DNA from: Escherichia coli
GTDB taxonomy: Bacteria > Pseudomonadota > Gammaproteobacteria > Enterobacterales > Enterobacteriaceae
Strand: one strand, 5' to 3'
DNA: 64,000 nucleotides
NCBI RefSeq assembly: GCF_044324875.1
Contig: NZ_CP172185.1
Below, one piece after another: positions 38,209-52,347 of the stretch. The first letter of the stretch is position 1. The number at the start of each line of letters is the position of its first letter. The notes under the pieces were generated by a model, which was not told the DNA's origin, ran no database searches, and saw only the letters and a program-made list of their open reading frames with translations. A program made the position numbers and the translations under genes.

Positions 38209-38420
38209 TATGCATCAGACAAGATACAGCCCACCCCAACTGACACCTGAAATATTGCCGCAACAAAAAGAAACGGGTGCCTTTCGGCTGATGGCCGGAG
38301 GGAAAACCTGAAGGCCGGATGTGGAAAGGCCCCGGAAAACATCTGTGTTTAACCGAGGCCTGACCCTTCCTACCGTGACAAGTGGAAGGTTAGCGCCTCT
38401 TTGTAAAAGGAGCAAGCGCT

Positions 38421-38561
38421 ATACCGCAAAAAACGATTATTGTTGGCATTTTATGCCTGACAATAACCCTGGTCATCTGGATGGTCCACGATTCGTTATG
38501 TGAATTCAGCTTTGATATCTGGGGAGCGCGTTTTGCGGCGTTCTTGCAGTGTAAACCGTAA
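38421..38561 (+). pseudogene. Degenerate second hok-like copy
   Basis: Start codon ATG replaced by ATA, LCEIR changed to LCEFSF; the matching mok-like frame (38321-38503) is truncated. Confidence 0.6.
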
Positions 38562-38711
38562 GAAACCGCAGCGGGGGAGAAATTCCCCGCTATCCGGTTG
38601 TTGGGGTGGGCCGATATGGCGCCCTTTCCCTGTAGAGACAAAACAAAAAACCAGATTTGCCCGCCATTGAGAGGGCTTTTTTGTCACCCTCACCAGTGAG
38701 GGCATCATCAT

Positions 38712-38939
38712 TCAGAGGCGCGTAAGCCACCCGGCGTTAACATCCTGCCTGTCAACCCTGGCCGCAGAGTCTGAACGGCAGGTACCGGAAGGAGTACCAA
38801 AAACATCCCTGACAAGTTCCGCCACCTTCCCGATATCATCAGGTGTCACATTCCTCACCTCGGCCGTGATCCGTGGCGTACCATCATCGTTAACAAGAGT
38901 GGCTTTAAAGCTGGTGCGAAGGGAAAACAACATCAACAT
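38712..38939 (-). CDS. Hypothetical small protein (75 aa)
   Basis: ORF only; between the repeat array and serS. Confidence 0.25.
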   Translation of the reverse strand: MLMLFSLRTSFKATLVNDDGTPRITAEVRNVTPDDIGKVAELVRDVFGTPSGTCRSDSAARVDRQDVNAGWLTRL

Positions 38940-39094
38940 CCCCTCCCTTTGGTTCGTTGCACTGACGGCACGACACCATCAGGAAAAAGAAAAGCCCACA
39001 ACGTCAGTATTGTGGACTTTTTTCTTCAAAGATGGACATTATCTGGACACATGAAAATAAAATCCATTTATTTTCATATAGTTAAGTACCATGC

Positions 39095-39117
39095 AAAAGC
39101 GCCCGCAGGCGCTTTTT
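39095..39117. terminator. Intrinsic terminator downstream of serS
   Basis: AAAAGCGCCCGCAGGCGCTTTTT hairpin, symmetric A/T flanks. Confidence 0.6.
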
Positions 39118-39137
39118 AGATTCAGAAAAATTGGGTA

Positions 39138-40451
<1,314 letters not shown>

Positions 40452-40520
40452 TTAAATGGGAGATGTGGCCACAGCCTGCGACCACAGGGATACAGTAACA
40501 ACATTACCGCAACGATAACA

Positions 40521-41864
40521 TTAACGGTAGCGTTTTATGGGGCTATTTTGATCCTGTTCAGCCAGCCAGGCGAGCTTTTCGCCAATCTTGCCTTCAAGGC
40601 CCCTGTTTGTCGGGAAATAATAGCGTGTTTGTGCTATTTCCGGCGGGAAGTAAACCTCACCGGCAGCATAAGCGTTTGCTTCATCATGAGCGTAACGATA
40701 TTCCTGCCCGTAGCCCATTTCCTTCATTAATTTCGTCGGCGCATTACGCAAATGAACCGGCACGTCATAATCCGGACGTTCGCGAGCATCGGCCAGCGCG
40801 GCTTTAAACGCGGTGTAGACAGCGTTGCTTTTTGGCGCGCAGGCGAGGTAAACAATCGCCTGAGCAATGGCGCGTTCTCCTTCCGCCGGGCCAACTCGGG
40901 TAAAGCAATCCCAGGCCGCAATTGCCACCTGCATCGCTCGTGGATCAGCATTACCCACATCTTCCGACGCTATCGCCAGACAGCGACGCGCGACATATAA
41001 CGGATCGCCACCGGCAGTAATAATTCGCGCATACCAGTACAGCGCCGCATCGGGTGCGCTACCACGTACCGACTTATGCAGTGCGGAAATGAGATCGTAA
41101 AAGCGATCGCCTTTGTTATCAAAGCGGGCGCTACGTTCACCGGCGATTTCGGTCAGTAATTCAGGCTTCAGGACCCGCTTACCGCTATCATCGACTTCGG
41201 CCATATCCGCCATCATTTCCAGCGTATTTAACGCCCGGCGCGCGTCGCCATTCACCACTTCAGCAATGGCGCGTCGCGTTTCATCTGGCAGAACTATATC
41301 CTGACCACCATAGCCACGGGTTTTGTCTTCCATCGCCTGAGTAAGCACCTGCTCAATATCCTCTGTACTCAGGGATTTCAGCAGATAGACACGGGCACGG
41401 GAAAGCAGTGCCGAGTTAAGTTCAAACGACGGGTTTTCAGTGGTTGCGCCAATAAAAGTGATGGTGCCGTCTTCAATATGTGGCAGAAATGCATCCTGCT
41501 GGCTTTTGTTGAATCGGTGAACTTCGTCAACAAAAAGAATAGTGCGGCGACCAGCATTGCGGTTTTGCCGAGCGCGCTCGATCGCCTCGCGAATCTCTTT
41601 CACGCCAGAAGTAACGGCAGAAATACGTTCCACATCAGCGTTCGCATAGCGGGCAATCACTTCAGCGAGGGTTGTTTTGCCGGTACCCGGCGGCCCCCAG
41701 AGGATCATAGAATGCAAATGCCCGGCTTCGATAGCGCGCGGCAACGGCTTCCCCGCAGCCAGCAAATGTTGCTGGCCGATATACTGTGCTAAATTTTCTG
41801 GCCGCATACGCGCGGCCAGAGGTTGAAAAGTATTATCCGAAAAATCGAGCGACAGATTGCTCAC
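40521..41864 (-). CDS. rarA: Replication-associated recombination protein A (AAA+ ATPase)
   Basis: 447 aa, Walker [10 protein letters not shown]; conserved position next to lolA. Confidence 0.9.
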   Translation of the reverse strand: MSNLSLDFSDNTFQPLAARMRPENLAQYIGQQHLLAAGKPLPRAIEAGHLHSMILWGPPGTGKTTLAEVIARYANADVERISAVTSGVKEIREAIERARQNRNAGRRTILFVDEVHRFNKSQQDAFLPHIEDGTITFIGATTENPSFELNSALLSRARVYLLKSLSTEDIEQVLTQAMEDKTRGYGGQDIVLPDETRRAIAEVVNGDARRALNTLEMMADMAEVDDSGKRVLKPELLTEIAGERSARFDNKGDRFYDLISALHKSVRGSAPDAALYWYARIITAGGDPLYVARRCLAIASEDVGNADPRAMQVAIAAWDCFTRVGPAEGERAIAQAIVYLACAPKSNAVYTAFKAALADARERPDYDVPVHLRNAPTKLMKEMGYGQEYRYAHDEANAYAAGEVYFPPEIAQTRYYFPTNRGLEGKIGEKLAWLAEQDQNSPIKRYR

Positions 41865-41874
41865 TCAGGTGCCT

Positions 41875-42489
41875 CTACTTACGTTGATCATCTACCGTGA
41901 CGCCTTGCGGCGGGGTGAAGGTAAATTTCGCTGCTTCCACAGCCCCATTTTGCTGGGATTTCAGTTGATAACTGCTGCGCTGATCGTCCTGCTCCACCGC
42001 GCTAAACTGATGGATCGTGCCATCACGTCCCACGTTAATGGTGAACTGCTTCAGATTGCCATTGCTGGCTTTCGGCGTCAGGACAAAGTCATCGCCATTC
42101 TGTTTGATATTGTACTGCTGCCAGTCGCTGGACTGGTTGCGGGCAATCAGCATAAACGGCGTATTACCGGTGGCATCTTTCAGCCAGGTTGCCGTAGCTT
42201 GCTCAACGAACGGGTTATAGAACCACAGTGTTTTACCGTCAGAAACCAGAATGCTTTCATCAGGTTGAGTCATATGCCAGTTGAATAAGTTTGGACGTTT
42301 CACCCACAGATCGCCCTGACCTTCCTGCACCGCCGCGCCGCTACCGTCAGTCACTTTTTGTGTGAAGCTGGCGTGGAAGCTGCTGACTTTATCCAGGCGG
42401 CTTTTCAGATCGCTTGCGGCATCAGCCCAAACGCTGCTTGCTACTAAGCTTGAGAGTAATGCACAGGTGATGGCAATTTTTTTCATCAT
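41875..42489 (-). CDS. lolA: Periplasmic lipoprotein chaperone LolA
   Basis: 204 aa with signal peptide; synteny between ftsK and rarA. Confidence 0.9.
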   Translation of the reverse strand: MMKKIAITCALLSSLVASSVWADAASDLKSRLDKVSSFHASFTQKVTDGSGAAVQEGQGDLWVKRPNLFNWHMTQPDESILVSDGKTLWFYNPFVEQATATWLKDATGNTPFMLIARNQSSDWQQYNIKQNGDDFVLTPKASNGNLKQFTINVGRDGTIHQFSAVEQDDQRSSYQLKSQQNGAVEAAKFTFTPPQGVTVDDQRK

Positions 42490-42644
42490 TATTCCTCAAA
42501 TTACGTCACTCCCGACCGGGAGTTCCCTCTACTCTCTATTCCAGGCTAATAATCAGCTTGAGGAAAGAAGAAAATACTGAATTTTCAGTTGATAGAGTGC
42601 CGGATGCAACGCTACCGCGCCTTATCCGGCCTACGATGCATTAA

Positions 42645-45600
42645 TTAGTCAAACGGCGGTGGGGCCAGCACTTCACGATTACCGTTGTGCCCCTGTTCGC
42701 TGACAATCCCCTGCGCTTCCATCTGTTCGATAATACGCGCTGCACGGTTATAACCAATGCGGAACTGACGCTGTACGCCAGAAATTGATGCTTTGCGTTT
42801 TTCAGTGACAAACTGCACCGCCTGATCGAACAACGGATCCAGTTCTTCAGCGCCATCGAAACCGCCCGCGCCACCTTCGCTTTCACTGTCGGAGGTGATG
42901 CCATCAACATACTGTGGGCGACCACGCGCTTTCCAGTCCTGCACCACGGCATGAACTTCCTGATCGCGAACAAAAGCACCATGAACACGTACCGGCAACG
43001 TGGAGTTCGGCCCAGAGTAAAGCATATCCCCCATACCCAGCAGTGATTCCGCGCCAGCCTGATCAAGAATGGTACGTGAGTCAATCTTACTGGATACGGT
43101 AAAGGCGATACGGGTCGGAATATTCGCTTTAATCAGACCAGTAATAACATCAACCGATGGACGCTGCGTTGCCAGTACGAGGTGGATACCCGCGGCACGG
43201 GCTTTTTGCGCAAGACGTGCTATAAGCTCTTCCACTTTTTTACCTACCGTCATCATCAGGTCGGCAAATTCGTCCACCAACACCACAATGTACGGTTCTT
43301 TTTTCAGCACCGGATGCTGGGCATCCATACTGTCACCCGGCTTCCAGTACGGGTCTGGAATCGGACGCATCATGCGATCGGCTTCAGCAATTTTTTCGTT
43401 ATAACCCGCCAGATTACGCACACCTAGGGCGGACATCAGCTTATAACGACGTTCCATTTCATTTACGCACCAGCGCAAAGCGTTGGCAGCATCTTTCATG
43501 TCGGTAACGACTTCCGTTAACAGATGCGGAATGCCTTCATAAACCGAAAGCTCCAGCATTTTCGGGTCGATCATGATGAAACGCACATCTTCTGGCTGTG
43601 CTTTATAAAGCATGCTCAGGATCATCGCGTTCACCCCGACAGACTTACCGGAACCGGTAGTCCCCGCAACCAACAAGTGCGGCATTTTCGCCAGATCGGC
43701 AACCACCGGCTCACCGGCGATATCTTTACCCAGCACCACGGTTAATGGCGACGGATTATCGCGGAATTTGGCGTTATCCAATACTTCGCGCAGATAAACG
43801 GTTTGTCGTTTTTTATTCGGTAACTCCAGACCTACATAGGGTTTGCCAGGAATAACTTCAACGACACGCACCGCCACCGTCGAAAGTGAACGGGCAAGGT
43901 CCCGTGACAAGTTAGAAATGCGCGCCGCTTTTACGCCCGGTGCCAGGTTAAGTTCAAAGCGAGTGATAACCGGCCCCGGAGAGTAATTGACGACATCGGC
44001 TTTAATACGGAAATCAGCCAGACGCGCTTCCACCAGACGCGCCATTTGTTCAAGCGCAAAGGTATCTACCGGCTCCACTTCGCTCGGCGGAGGTGTCAAC
44101 AAATCCAAAGAAGGCAGCGGCGTCGTCGGTTTATGCAACGGACGGCTGTCGCCATTACGCATCAACAGCGGATGAAGCAGGGTATCCTGCGGCTGTGGCG
44201 CAACTGGCTGTTGTGGCTGCTGATACTGCTGCTGCGGTGCAACCGGTTGTTGCGGCTGCTGTACAGGTTCAACAATTGGCGTAAACAACGGTTCGTGTGG
44301 ACCATCATCCAGCAACGCTTTCATTGGCGAAAATTCAAAATCATCCAGCGAGAACGGATTCGCCCCAGCCGGTTGTTCGCCGGAATAACGTTGTTGTTGA
44401 GTTTGCGCAAACTGACGAGCCAGTTCAGCCTCTGCCGCAGCATCTGCATCTTCTGCGTTTACGGGCACATCATGTTGATACTGTTCGCCATAGCGTTGCT
44501 GCTGTGTCTGGGCGAACTGACGTGCCAGTTCATCCTGCTGCATCGCATCGATTTCATCATCGTTGTACTGATCGCCAGAATCGTACTGATTGCGCTGGGC
44601 TTCACGGGCTTTTTCTTCTGCCGCACGCTGTGAGGGCAGCTTAATACCGTAAGACGCCAATTCACGACGAGTTGGCACGCGGATACGTTTCGGTCGTGGC
44701 AACTGCGGGCCAATCCCCTCTTTGACCTGCGGACGCGGTCCACCGCTATTTGCCAGACTGAAGACTGGCGCGGCAACGGTTGCGGCAGCCCCCGTCGCCA
44801 GTGTCGCTTTTTTCACGCCAGATGCCAGCGGAGAAACAGCGGCAGCGGCTTCTACTGGAGGTACTGCTGCAACAGAAGGTGCTTTCAGCGAAGATTTGAT
44901 CGGTTCTGGTTCTTTAACCGGTTCAGGAATCGGTTGATACCAGGCCGCAAGTTGTTCACGTTCACGGGCACGCTTCTCTTCCACTTCTTCAAAATAGTAA
45001 AGCGGCGGACGCGCGGGTTTTGTCTCTTCTACAACGGGCTCAGGCTCCACAACAGGGTGCTGTTCAACGGGTTGCGGCTGTTGGTACAACGGCTCCTGAG
45101 CGGCTGGCTGCTGATAAGTTTGCTCAGTCTGGTATGTAGACTGTGGAGCAAAAGTGGATTGCTGCTCTTCGGCTTGCCAGGCGTTACCTGCCGCCGTTTG
45201 TTCTGGCGCAGGGGCGTAATACGGCTGTTGCGCAGACTGTTCCGCCGCAGTTGCATAATACGGCTGCTGAACAGGTTGTTCCGCCGCAGGAGCGTAGTAA
45301 GGTTGTTGCACAGGTTGTTCCGCTGCTGGCGCATAATACGGCTGCTGTGGCTGTACAGGTTGTTGCAGCGGCTCATTATATTGCACTGCAGGCTGCGCAT
45401 ATTGTGGCTGCTGTGGGTAACCTTCCTGTGCAGGAGCAATAACCGGCTCTCCCGTTTGTGGCCCCGGTACAGGCTGCCAGGCTACTGTAGGTTGTGCAGG
45501 TGGAACATCAACAGAGGCAACAGGCGGCGTCTGAGTCACAGGTTCAACCGGCGCAGCCCAGCTTTGTGTCGCCGTGGTAGCAGCAGCTGCTACAGCAACA

Positions 45601-46556
45601 GGTTCGGTAATTGGCGCACCGTTTAATAATGGATCGTATTCGTCATATTCTGGCTGCGTTGCACGATTGCCCGAAAAGAGGACGTCGTCCGGGTCGGCAG
45701 CCACACCGCGTGCAGTGTAGGTAATCTCTTCTTCATCATCCATCCGCTTACCGGAGAACAACGCAGCATCTGTTTGCCGCCCCATCGGATTAATGAATTT
45801 TTCCGCCAACCGTTTACGACGCGCTAACGCGCCGCGAAGAATACGGGCACGGCGTGATTCATGCTGTTTGCCGTGATTTTCATCTTCATACTCTTCGTCA
45901 TCTTCATACTCATCTTCATCGACCCAGGTATCATCGCGACGTGTACGATTACTGGCGAAGGTGAGAATGTTTAAAATCCAGCCGCCGAGTTTTTCAGCAA
46001 TGGTCACCCATGACCAACCGGTGAACAGCGTCAGACCCGCAGCCCAAACGCAGAGCAGCGCAATAGTTCCCCCGCTACTGTGTAGCAGTGGTTGTAGCGT
46101 AGTGCTTAGTAAGCTGCCAATGACGCCACCGGAGGCAAAATACCAGATATCGTCAGCGTTGATTGCCGCCAGACCACAGGAGGTAAGGATGAGCGCCAAA
46201 ACGCCAATGATGCGTAGCGAAACGGCAAAATAATCAATGTATTCGTCGCTGGACTGATGACGCCAGGCAAACCAACAACCGCCGACAATAATGACGGGAA
46301 TGGTGTAAGCCATCACGCCAAAAATAAAGAACAGCGTATCTGCCAGCCACGCACCGGGCATCCCACCTAAATTATGGATAGGTTCATGCCAGGCCGTTTG
46401 CGACCAGCTGGGGTCCGAAGGGTTAAAGCTTAGTAAGGCAGCCATCAACCAGACGGCAAACAGGACAATAAGGATCAGCAACGCCTCCAGAAGGCGGCGG
46501 CCGCTACTTAACTTTGTCAATGTGACTTCTTTGTCTTCAGTGTATTCCTGGCTCAA
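42645..46556 (-). CDS. ftsK: DNA translocase FtsK
   Basis: 1303 aa; N-terminal TM domain, long Pro/Gln-rich linker, C-terminal motor with Walker A GTTGSGKS. Confidence 0.95.
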   Translation of the reverse strand: MSQEYTEDKEVTLTKLSSGRRLLEALLILIVLFAVWLMAALLSFNPSDPSWSQTAWHEPIHNLGGMPGAWLADTLFFIFGVMAYTIPVIIVGGCWFAWRHQSSDEYIDYFAVSLRIIGVLALILTSCGLAAINADDIWYFASGGVIGSLLSTTLQPLLHSSGGTIALLCVWAAGLTLFTGWSWVTIAEKLGGWILNILTFASNRTRRDDTWVDEDEYEDDEEYEDENHGKQHESRRARILRGALARRKRLAEKFINPMGRQTDAALFSGKRMDDEEEITYTARGVAADPDDVLFSGNRATQPEYDEYDPLLNGAPITEPVAVAAAATTATQSWAAPVEPVTQTPPVASVDVPPAQPTVAWQPVPGPQTGEPVIAPAQEGYPQQPQYAQPAVQYNEPLQQPVQPQQPYYAPAAEQPVQQPYYAPAAEQPVQQPYYATAAEQSAQQPYYAPAPEQTAAGNAWQAEEQQSTFAPQSTYQTEQTYQQPAAQEPLYQQPQPVEQHPVVEPEPVVEETKPARPPLYYFEEVEEKRAREREQLAAWYQPIPEPVKEPEPIKSSLKAPSVAAVPPVEAAAAVSPLASGVKKATLATGAAATVAAPVFSLANSGGPRPQVKEGIGPQLPRPKRIRVPTRRELASYGIKLPSQRAAEEKAREAQRNQYDSGDQYNDDEIDAMQQDELARQFAQTQQQRYGEQYQHDVPVNAEDADAAAEAELARQFAQTQQQRYSGEQPAGANPFSLDDFEFSPMKALLDDGPHEPLFTPIVEPVQQPQQPVAPQQQYQQPQQPVAPQPQDTLLHPLLMRNGDSRPLHKPTTPLPSLDLLTPPPSEVEPVDTFALEQMARLVEARLADFRIKADVVNYSPGPVITRFELNLAPGVKAARISNLSRDLARSLSTVAVRVVEVIPGKPYVGLELPNKKRQTVYLREVLDNAKFRDNPSPLTVVLGKDIAGEPVVADLAKMPHLLVAGTTGSGKSVGVNAMILSMLYKAQPEDVRFIMIDPKMLELSVYEGIPHLLTEVVTDMKDAANALRWCVNEMERRYKLMSALGVRNLAGYNEKIAEADRMMRPIPDPYWKPGDSMDAQHPVLKKEPYIVVLVDEFADLMMTVGKKVEELIARLAQKARAAGIHLVLATQRPSVDVITGLIKANIPTRIAFTVSSKIDSRTILDQAGAESLLGMGDMLYSGPNSTLPVRVHGAFVRDQEVHAVVQDWKARGRPQYVDGITSDSESEGGAGGFDGAEELDPLFDQAVQFVTEKRKASISGVQRQFRIGYNRAARIIEQMEAQGIVSEQGHNGNREVLAPPPFD

Positions 46557-46690
46557 GAAAGGCTCTCCAGGTTACAGGCTTTTCCTGCCCGATGCTAAAA
46601 CGGACAACAGTACCAGGTTACCCCAGTACTGTTGCTGTATGGATTAACAGGAGTGTAATCAAAATACGCCGATTTTGCACCTGTTCCGTG

Positions 46691-47185
46691 TTAGCGCGTC
46701 TTAATAACCAGACGATTACTCTGCTTGACTTCTTCCATAACAACGTATGTCCGTGTGTCATTGACGCCAGGCAGACGCAGCAGGGTTTCCCCCAGCAACT
46801 TACGGTAAGCTGACATATCCGGCACGCGTGTTTTCAACAGGTAGTCGAAATCACCGGATACTAAATGACACTCCTGAATTTCTTCAAGTTTTTGTACAGC
46901 GGTATTGAATTGTTCAAACACATCCGGTGCGCCACGATTCAGAGTAATCTCAACGAATACCAGAAGTGATGCATCCAGATAATGGGGGTTCAGCAGCGCC
47001 GTATAGCCCTGAATAAACCCTTGTCTTTCCAGCCGACGCACACGCTCAAGGCACGGCGTTGGGGAAAGTCCCACACGTTTAGAAAGCTCGACGTTAGAAA
47101 TACGCCCATCCTTTTGCAACTCATTAAGAATGTTACGATCGATACGGTCGAGATCTTTGCCAGGGCGCTTCTTGCTATCTACCAT
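46691..47185 (-). CDS. lrp: Leucine-responsive regulatory protein
   Basis: 164 aa from MVDSKKRPGKDLDRIDRNIL, matching the recalled E. coli Lrp. Confidence 0.95.
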   Translation of the reverse strand: MVDSKKRPGKDLDRIDRNILNELQKDGRISNVELSKRVGLSPTPCLERVRRLERQGFIQGYTALLNPHYLDASLLVFVEITLNRGAPDVFEQFNTAVQKLEEIQECHLVSGDFDYLLKTRVPDMSAYRKLLGETLLRLPGVNDTRTYVVMEEVKQSNRLVIKTR

Positions 47186-47612
47186 TATTATTGTCTCTCT
47201 GTATTCCTTCCCTACTCCTGTCTGACCCTGAAACATCACTGTTCAGAGTCGCTACCCGTCACGATAGACCGAAATCATGAAGATTCACGGCGCGCAATGC
47301 CTGGGTCTACGGTGAGAAGACCGTTGCCTTGTGGCAGCTATCGACATCACGAATGGCGTCTGTCCACGCCATACGTAGATTTCACTAGCACGGTAAACAT
47401 GGTATTTACATGCATGGTTATGCGCATATAAGAATACTGTTTTTTTTCTTCCTCGAATGTTTTCGCAAAACACCAGGGGATTGTCAAAGCAAAACATCGA
47501 TTTTTAGTACAACATGCCAGATATTCATTAACAGGGGCGTTTATTCATCATTTAATCGGCTTATAAAGCGGGAAATTTAAGTAGCAGAGGTGATAATGAC
47601 GGGAGAATTTGA

Positions 47613-48695
<1,083 letters not shown>

Positions 48696-48817
48696 TTTTA
48701 CAAATCAGTAACAAAAGTAAAGAAGGCGACACCATGCGACTATGGGTCGCCTTTATTTTTTCCTCGTTGTAACATTGCTCTGCAAATAATTCTGATAACT
48801 CACCTGCTAAGCGTGCA

Positions 48818-50584
48818 ATGAATAAATCCCGTCAAAAAGAGTTAACCCGCTGGTTAAAACAGCAAAGCGTCATCTCCCAACGTTGGCTGAATATTTCTCG
48901 TCTGCTGGGCTTTGTGAGCGGCATATTGATCATTGCCCAGGCCTGGTTCATGGCGCGAATTCTGCAACATATGATTATGGAGAATATTCCCCGTGAAGCC
49001 CTGCTGCTTCCCTTTACGTTACTGGTTCTGACCTTTGTACTGCGCGCATGGGTGGTCTGGTTACGCGAACGGGTGGGTTATCACGCCGGGCAGCATATCC
49101 GCTTTGCCATCCGCCGTCAGGTTCTCGACCGTCTGCAACAAGCAGGGCCAGCGTGGATTCAGGGTAAACCGGCGGGGAGCTGGGCGACGCTGGTACTCGA
49201 GCAAATTGACGATATGCATGATTACTATGCACGCTACCTGCCGCAAATGGCGCTGGCAGTGTCGGTGCCGTTGCTGATTGTGGTGGCTATCTTCCCCTCT
49301 AACTGGGCTGCGGCGCTCATTCTGCTGGGCACTGCTCCGTTAATTCCGTTATTTATGGCGCTGGTTGGAATGGGGGCTGCCGATGCTAACCGACGTAACT
49401 TTCTCGCTCTTGCTCGCTTAAGTGGGCATTTTCTCGATCGCCTGCGCGGCATGGAAACATTGCGTATTTTTGGTCGTGGTGAAGCTGAAATTGAAAGTAT
49501 TCGTTCTGCTTCGGAAGATTTCCGCCAACGGACAATGGAAGTGCTACGGCTGGCGTTTTTATCCTCCGGCATTCTCGAATTTTTTACCTCGCTGTCAATT
49601 GCTCTGGTGGCGGTCTACTTTGGTTTTTCCTATCTCGGCGAGCTGGATTTTGGTCACTACGATACTGGCGTGACGCTGGCTGCGGGTTTTCTGGCCCTGA
49701 TCCTTGCGCCGGAGTTTTTCCAGCCATTACGCGATCTCGGTACGTTTTATCATGCTAAAGCCCAGGCTGTTGGCGCAGCTGACAGTCTGAAAACGTTTAT
49801 GGAAACCCCGCTCGCCCATCCGCAACGTGGTGAGGCGGAATTAGCATCACCCGATCCGGTGACCATTGAAGCCGAGGATCTGTTTATTACATCACCAGAA
49901 GGTAAAACGCTGGCTGGACCGCTGAACTTTACTTTGCCAGCAGGCCAACGTGCCGTGTTGGTTGGTCGCAGCGGTTCAGGTAAAAGCTCACTGCTGAACG
50001 CGCTTTCTGGTTTTCTCTCATATCAGGGATCGCTACGAATCAACGGGATAGAATTACGCGATTTATCACCGGAATCATGGCGTAAACATCTCTCCTGGGT
50101 TGGGCAAAACCCACAATTACCGGCAGCAACACTACGGGATAACGTACTACTGGCACGACCTGATGCCAGCGAACACGAGTTACAAACAGCGCTGGATAAC
50201 GCCTGGGTCAGTGAGTTTCTACCGCTCCTGCCACAAGGCGTTGATACGCCTGTTGGCGACCAGGCTGCCCGCCTTTCCGTGGGGCAGGCACAGCGCGTGG
50301 CGGTGGCCCGAGCATTACTAAATCCCTGTTCGCTATTACTGTTGGATGAACCCGCTGCCAGCCTTGATGCTCACAGTGAACAGCGCGTAATGGAGGCGCT
50401 TAATGCCGCCTCTCTGCGCCAGACAACGTTAATGGTCACCCACCAGTTAGAAGATCTTGCTGACTGGGATGTCATTTGGGTAATGCAGGATGGTCAGATT
50501 ATTGAGCAAGGACGTTACGCGGAATTAAGCGTGGCTGGTGGTCCTTTCTCCACATTGCTGGCCCATCGTCAGGAGGAGATTTAA
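48818..50584 (+). CDS. cydD: Cysteine/glutathione ABC exporter subunit CydD
   Basis: 588 aa ABC transporter (TM domain plus NBD); synteny. Confidence 0.9.
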   Translation: MNKSRQKELTRWLKQQSVISQRWLNISRLLGFVSGILIIAQAWFMARILQHMIMENIPREALLLPFTLLVLTFVLRAWVVWLRERVGYHAGQHIRFAIRRQVLDRLQQAGPAWIQGKPAGSWATLVLEQIDDMHDYYARYLPQMALAVSVPLLIVVAIFPSNWAAALILLGTAPLIPLFMALVGMGAADANRRNFLALARLSGHFLDRLRGMETLRIFGRGEAEIESIRSASEDFRQRTMEVLRLAFLSSGILEFFTSLSIALVAVYFGFSYLGELDFGHYDTGVTLAAGFLALILAPEFFQPLRDLGTFYHAKAQAVGAADSLKTFMETPLAHPQRGEAELASPDPVTIEAEDLFITSPEGKTLAGPLNFTLPAGQRAVLVGRSGSGKSSLLNALSGFLSYQGSLRINGIELRDLSPESWRKHLSWVGQNPQLPAATLRDNVLLARPDASEHELQTALDNAWVSEFLPLLPQGVDTPVGDQAARLSVGQAQRVAVARALLNPCSLLLLDEPAASLDAHSEQRVMEALNAASLRQTTLMVTHQLEDLADWDVIWVMQDGQIIEQGRYAELSVAGGPFSTLLAHRQEEI

Positions 50585-52306
50585 ATGCGCGCTTTGCTAC
50601 CCTATCTGGCACTGTATAAACGTCATAAATGGATGTTAAGTCTTGGTATTGTGCTGGCAATTGTCACACTGCTCGCTAGTATCGGTCTGTTGACACTTTC
50701 CGGCTGGTTCCTCTCCGCCTCAGCGGTAGCGGGGGTTGCCGGACTGTATAGCTTCAACTATATGCTACCCGCTGCGGGCGTGCGTGGCGCAGCAATCACC
50801 CGTACTGCCGGGCGCTATTTTGAACGTCTGGTAAGTCACGACGCGACTTTCCGCGTGTTGCAGCATCTGCGCATTTACACCTTCAGCAAATTGCTGCCCC
50901 TATCCCCTGCCGGACTGGCGCGCTATCGTCAGGGCGAATTGCTCAACCGCGTGGTGGCGGATGTTGATACGCTCGATCATCTTTACCTGCGCGTTATCTC
51001 GCCGCTGGTGGGCGCTTTTGTGGTGATTATGGTGGTGACAATCGGGTTAAGTTTCCTTGATTTCACCCTCGCCTTTACGCTGGGCGGCATTATGTTACTG
51101 ACGCTTTTCCTGATGCCACCACTGTTTTATCGTGCGGGAAAAAGCACCGGGCAAAATCTGACTCATCTACGCGGGCAGTATCGCCAACAACTGACGGCCT
51201 GGCTGCAAGGGCAAGCTGAGCTGACCATTTTTGGTGCCAGCGATCGTTATCGGACGCAATTAGAGAATACAGAAATTCAGTGGCTGGAAGCGCAACGTCG
51301 TCAATCTGAACTCACCGCATTGTCGCAAGCGATAATACTGCTCATTGGCGCGTTAGCGGTGATCCTGATGCTGTGGATGGCGTCTGGCGGCGTTGGCGGC
51401 AATGCTCAACCCGGCGCGTTAATTGCCCTGTTTGTCTTCTGCGCGTTAGCCGCGTTTGAAGCACTGGCACCAGTAACGGGTGCATTTCAGCATCTGGGGC
51501 AAGTCATTGCCTCTGCCGTACGGATCACTGACTTAACGGATCAAAAACCGGAGGTCACCTTCCCTGATACCCAAACTCGTGTTGTCGATCGCGTTTCGCT
51601 GACGTTACGGGATGTTCAGTTCACTTATCCGGAGCAATCCCAACAGGCACTTAAAGGGATTTCTCTTCAGGTAAACGCCGGAGAACATATAGCGATTCTC
51701 GGGCGAACCGGATGCGGCAAATCAACGCTGTTACAACTGCTGACCCGCGCATGGGACCCGCAACAGGGCGAGATTTTGCTTAACGATAGCCCCATAGCCA
51801 GCCTGAATGAAGCGGCTCTAAGACAGACCATCAGCGTTGTTCCTCAGCGAGTGCATCTGTTTAGCGCCACGCTGCGTGATAATCTGTTACTCGCCTCGCC
51901 TGGCAGTAGTGATGAGGCTCTGGCGGAGATCTTACGTCGCGTTGGTCTGGAGAAGCTGCTCGAGGATGCAGGTCTCAACAGTTGGTTAGGTGAAGGCGGA
52001 CGCCAGCTCTCCGGTGGTGAACTACGCCGTCTGGCTATCGCCCGTGCGCTGTTACATAATGCGCCGCTGGTATTGCTGGATGAACCTACAGAAGGCTTAG
52101 ATGCCACAACCGAAAGTCAGATCCTTGAATTGCTTGCAGAAATGATGCATGAGAAAACGGTGTTAATGGTCACCCATCGACTTCGCGGACTCTCTCGTTT
52201 CCAACAGATAATAGTGATGGACAACGGGCAAATTATTGAGCAAGGTACTCACGCAGAACTGCTTGCCAGACAGGGGCGTTATTACCAGTTTAAGCAGGGT
52301 TTGTAA
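50585..52306 (+). CDS. cydC: Cysteine/glutathione ABC exporter subunit CydC
   Basis: 573 aa ABC transporter, Walker A GRTGCGKST; immediately after cydD. Confidence 0.9.
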   Translation: MRALLPYLALYKRHKWMLSLGIVLAIVTLLASIGLLTLSGWFLSASAVAGVAGLYSFNYMLPAAGVRGAAITRTAGRYFERLVSHDATFRVLQHLRIYTFSKLLPLSPAGLARYRQGELLNRVVADVDTLDHLYLRVISPLVGAFVVIMVVTIGLSFLDFTLAFTLGGIMLLTLFLMPPLFYRAGKSTGQNLTHLRGQYRQQLTAWLQGQAELTIFGASDRYRTQLENTEIQWLEAQRRQSELTALSQAIILLIGALAVILMLWMASGGVGGNAQPGALIALFVFCALAAFEALAPVTGAFQHLGQVIASAVRITDLTDQKPEVTFPDTQTRVVDRVSLTLRDVQFTYPEQSQQALKGISLQVNAGEHIAILGRTGCGKSTLLQLLTRAWDPQQGEILLNDSPIASLNEAALRQTISVVPQRVHLFSATLRDNLLLASPGSSDEALAEILRRVGLEKLLEDAGLNSWLGEGGRQLSGGELRRLAIARALLHNAPLVLLDEPTEGLDATTESQILELLAEMMHEKTVLMVTHRLRGLSRFQQIIVMDNGQIIEQGTHAELLARQGRYYQFKQGL

Positions 52307-52347
52307 GCTATTATTGAACGATCCGACTTGCGTGGAGTTTTGCGGTC

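Larger units (their letters stand above)
35480..38700. repeat. Degenerate tandem array of three module types (small-protein gene, sRNA-like unit, hok/mok-like locus)
   Basis: Hairpin GCCCGCC-GRARRG-CGGGC plus T-run occurs 8 times (35498, 35963, 36164, 37135, 37334, 37785, 37983, 38184) with a diverged ninth at 38659; flanking sequences recur in 2-4 copies. Confidence 0.85.

Noticed and set aside
35953-38266. Minus-strand ORFs of 64-119 aa within the repeat array (e.g. 35953-36246, 37128-37322, 37907-38266)
   Set aside because: Each reads straight through the terminator hairpins (recurring ...KKMPALRRAK... is the hairpin translated); they exist only because the repeat is copied.
35480-38700. 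Possible CRISPR array
   Set aside because: Repeat spacing is irregular (about 200-650 bp), repeats are GC-hairpin plus T-run terminators, and intervening sequences are themselves repeated; not a CRISPR architecture.
44046-45626. Plus-strand ORFs of 195 and 230 aa rich in Arg/Leu/Cys
   Set aside because: Antisense to the repetitive Pro/Gln-rich linker of ftsK; repeat-driven open frames.
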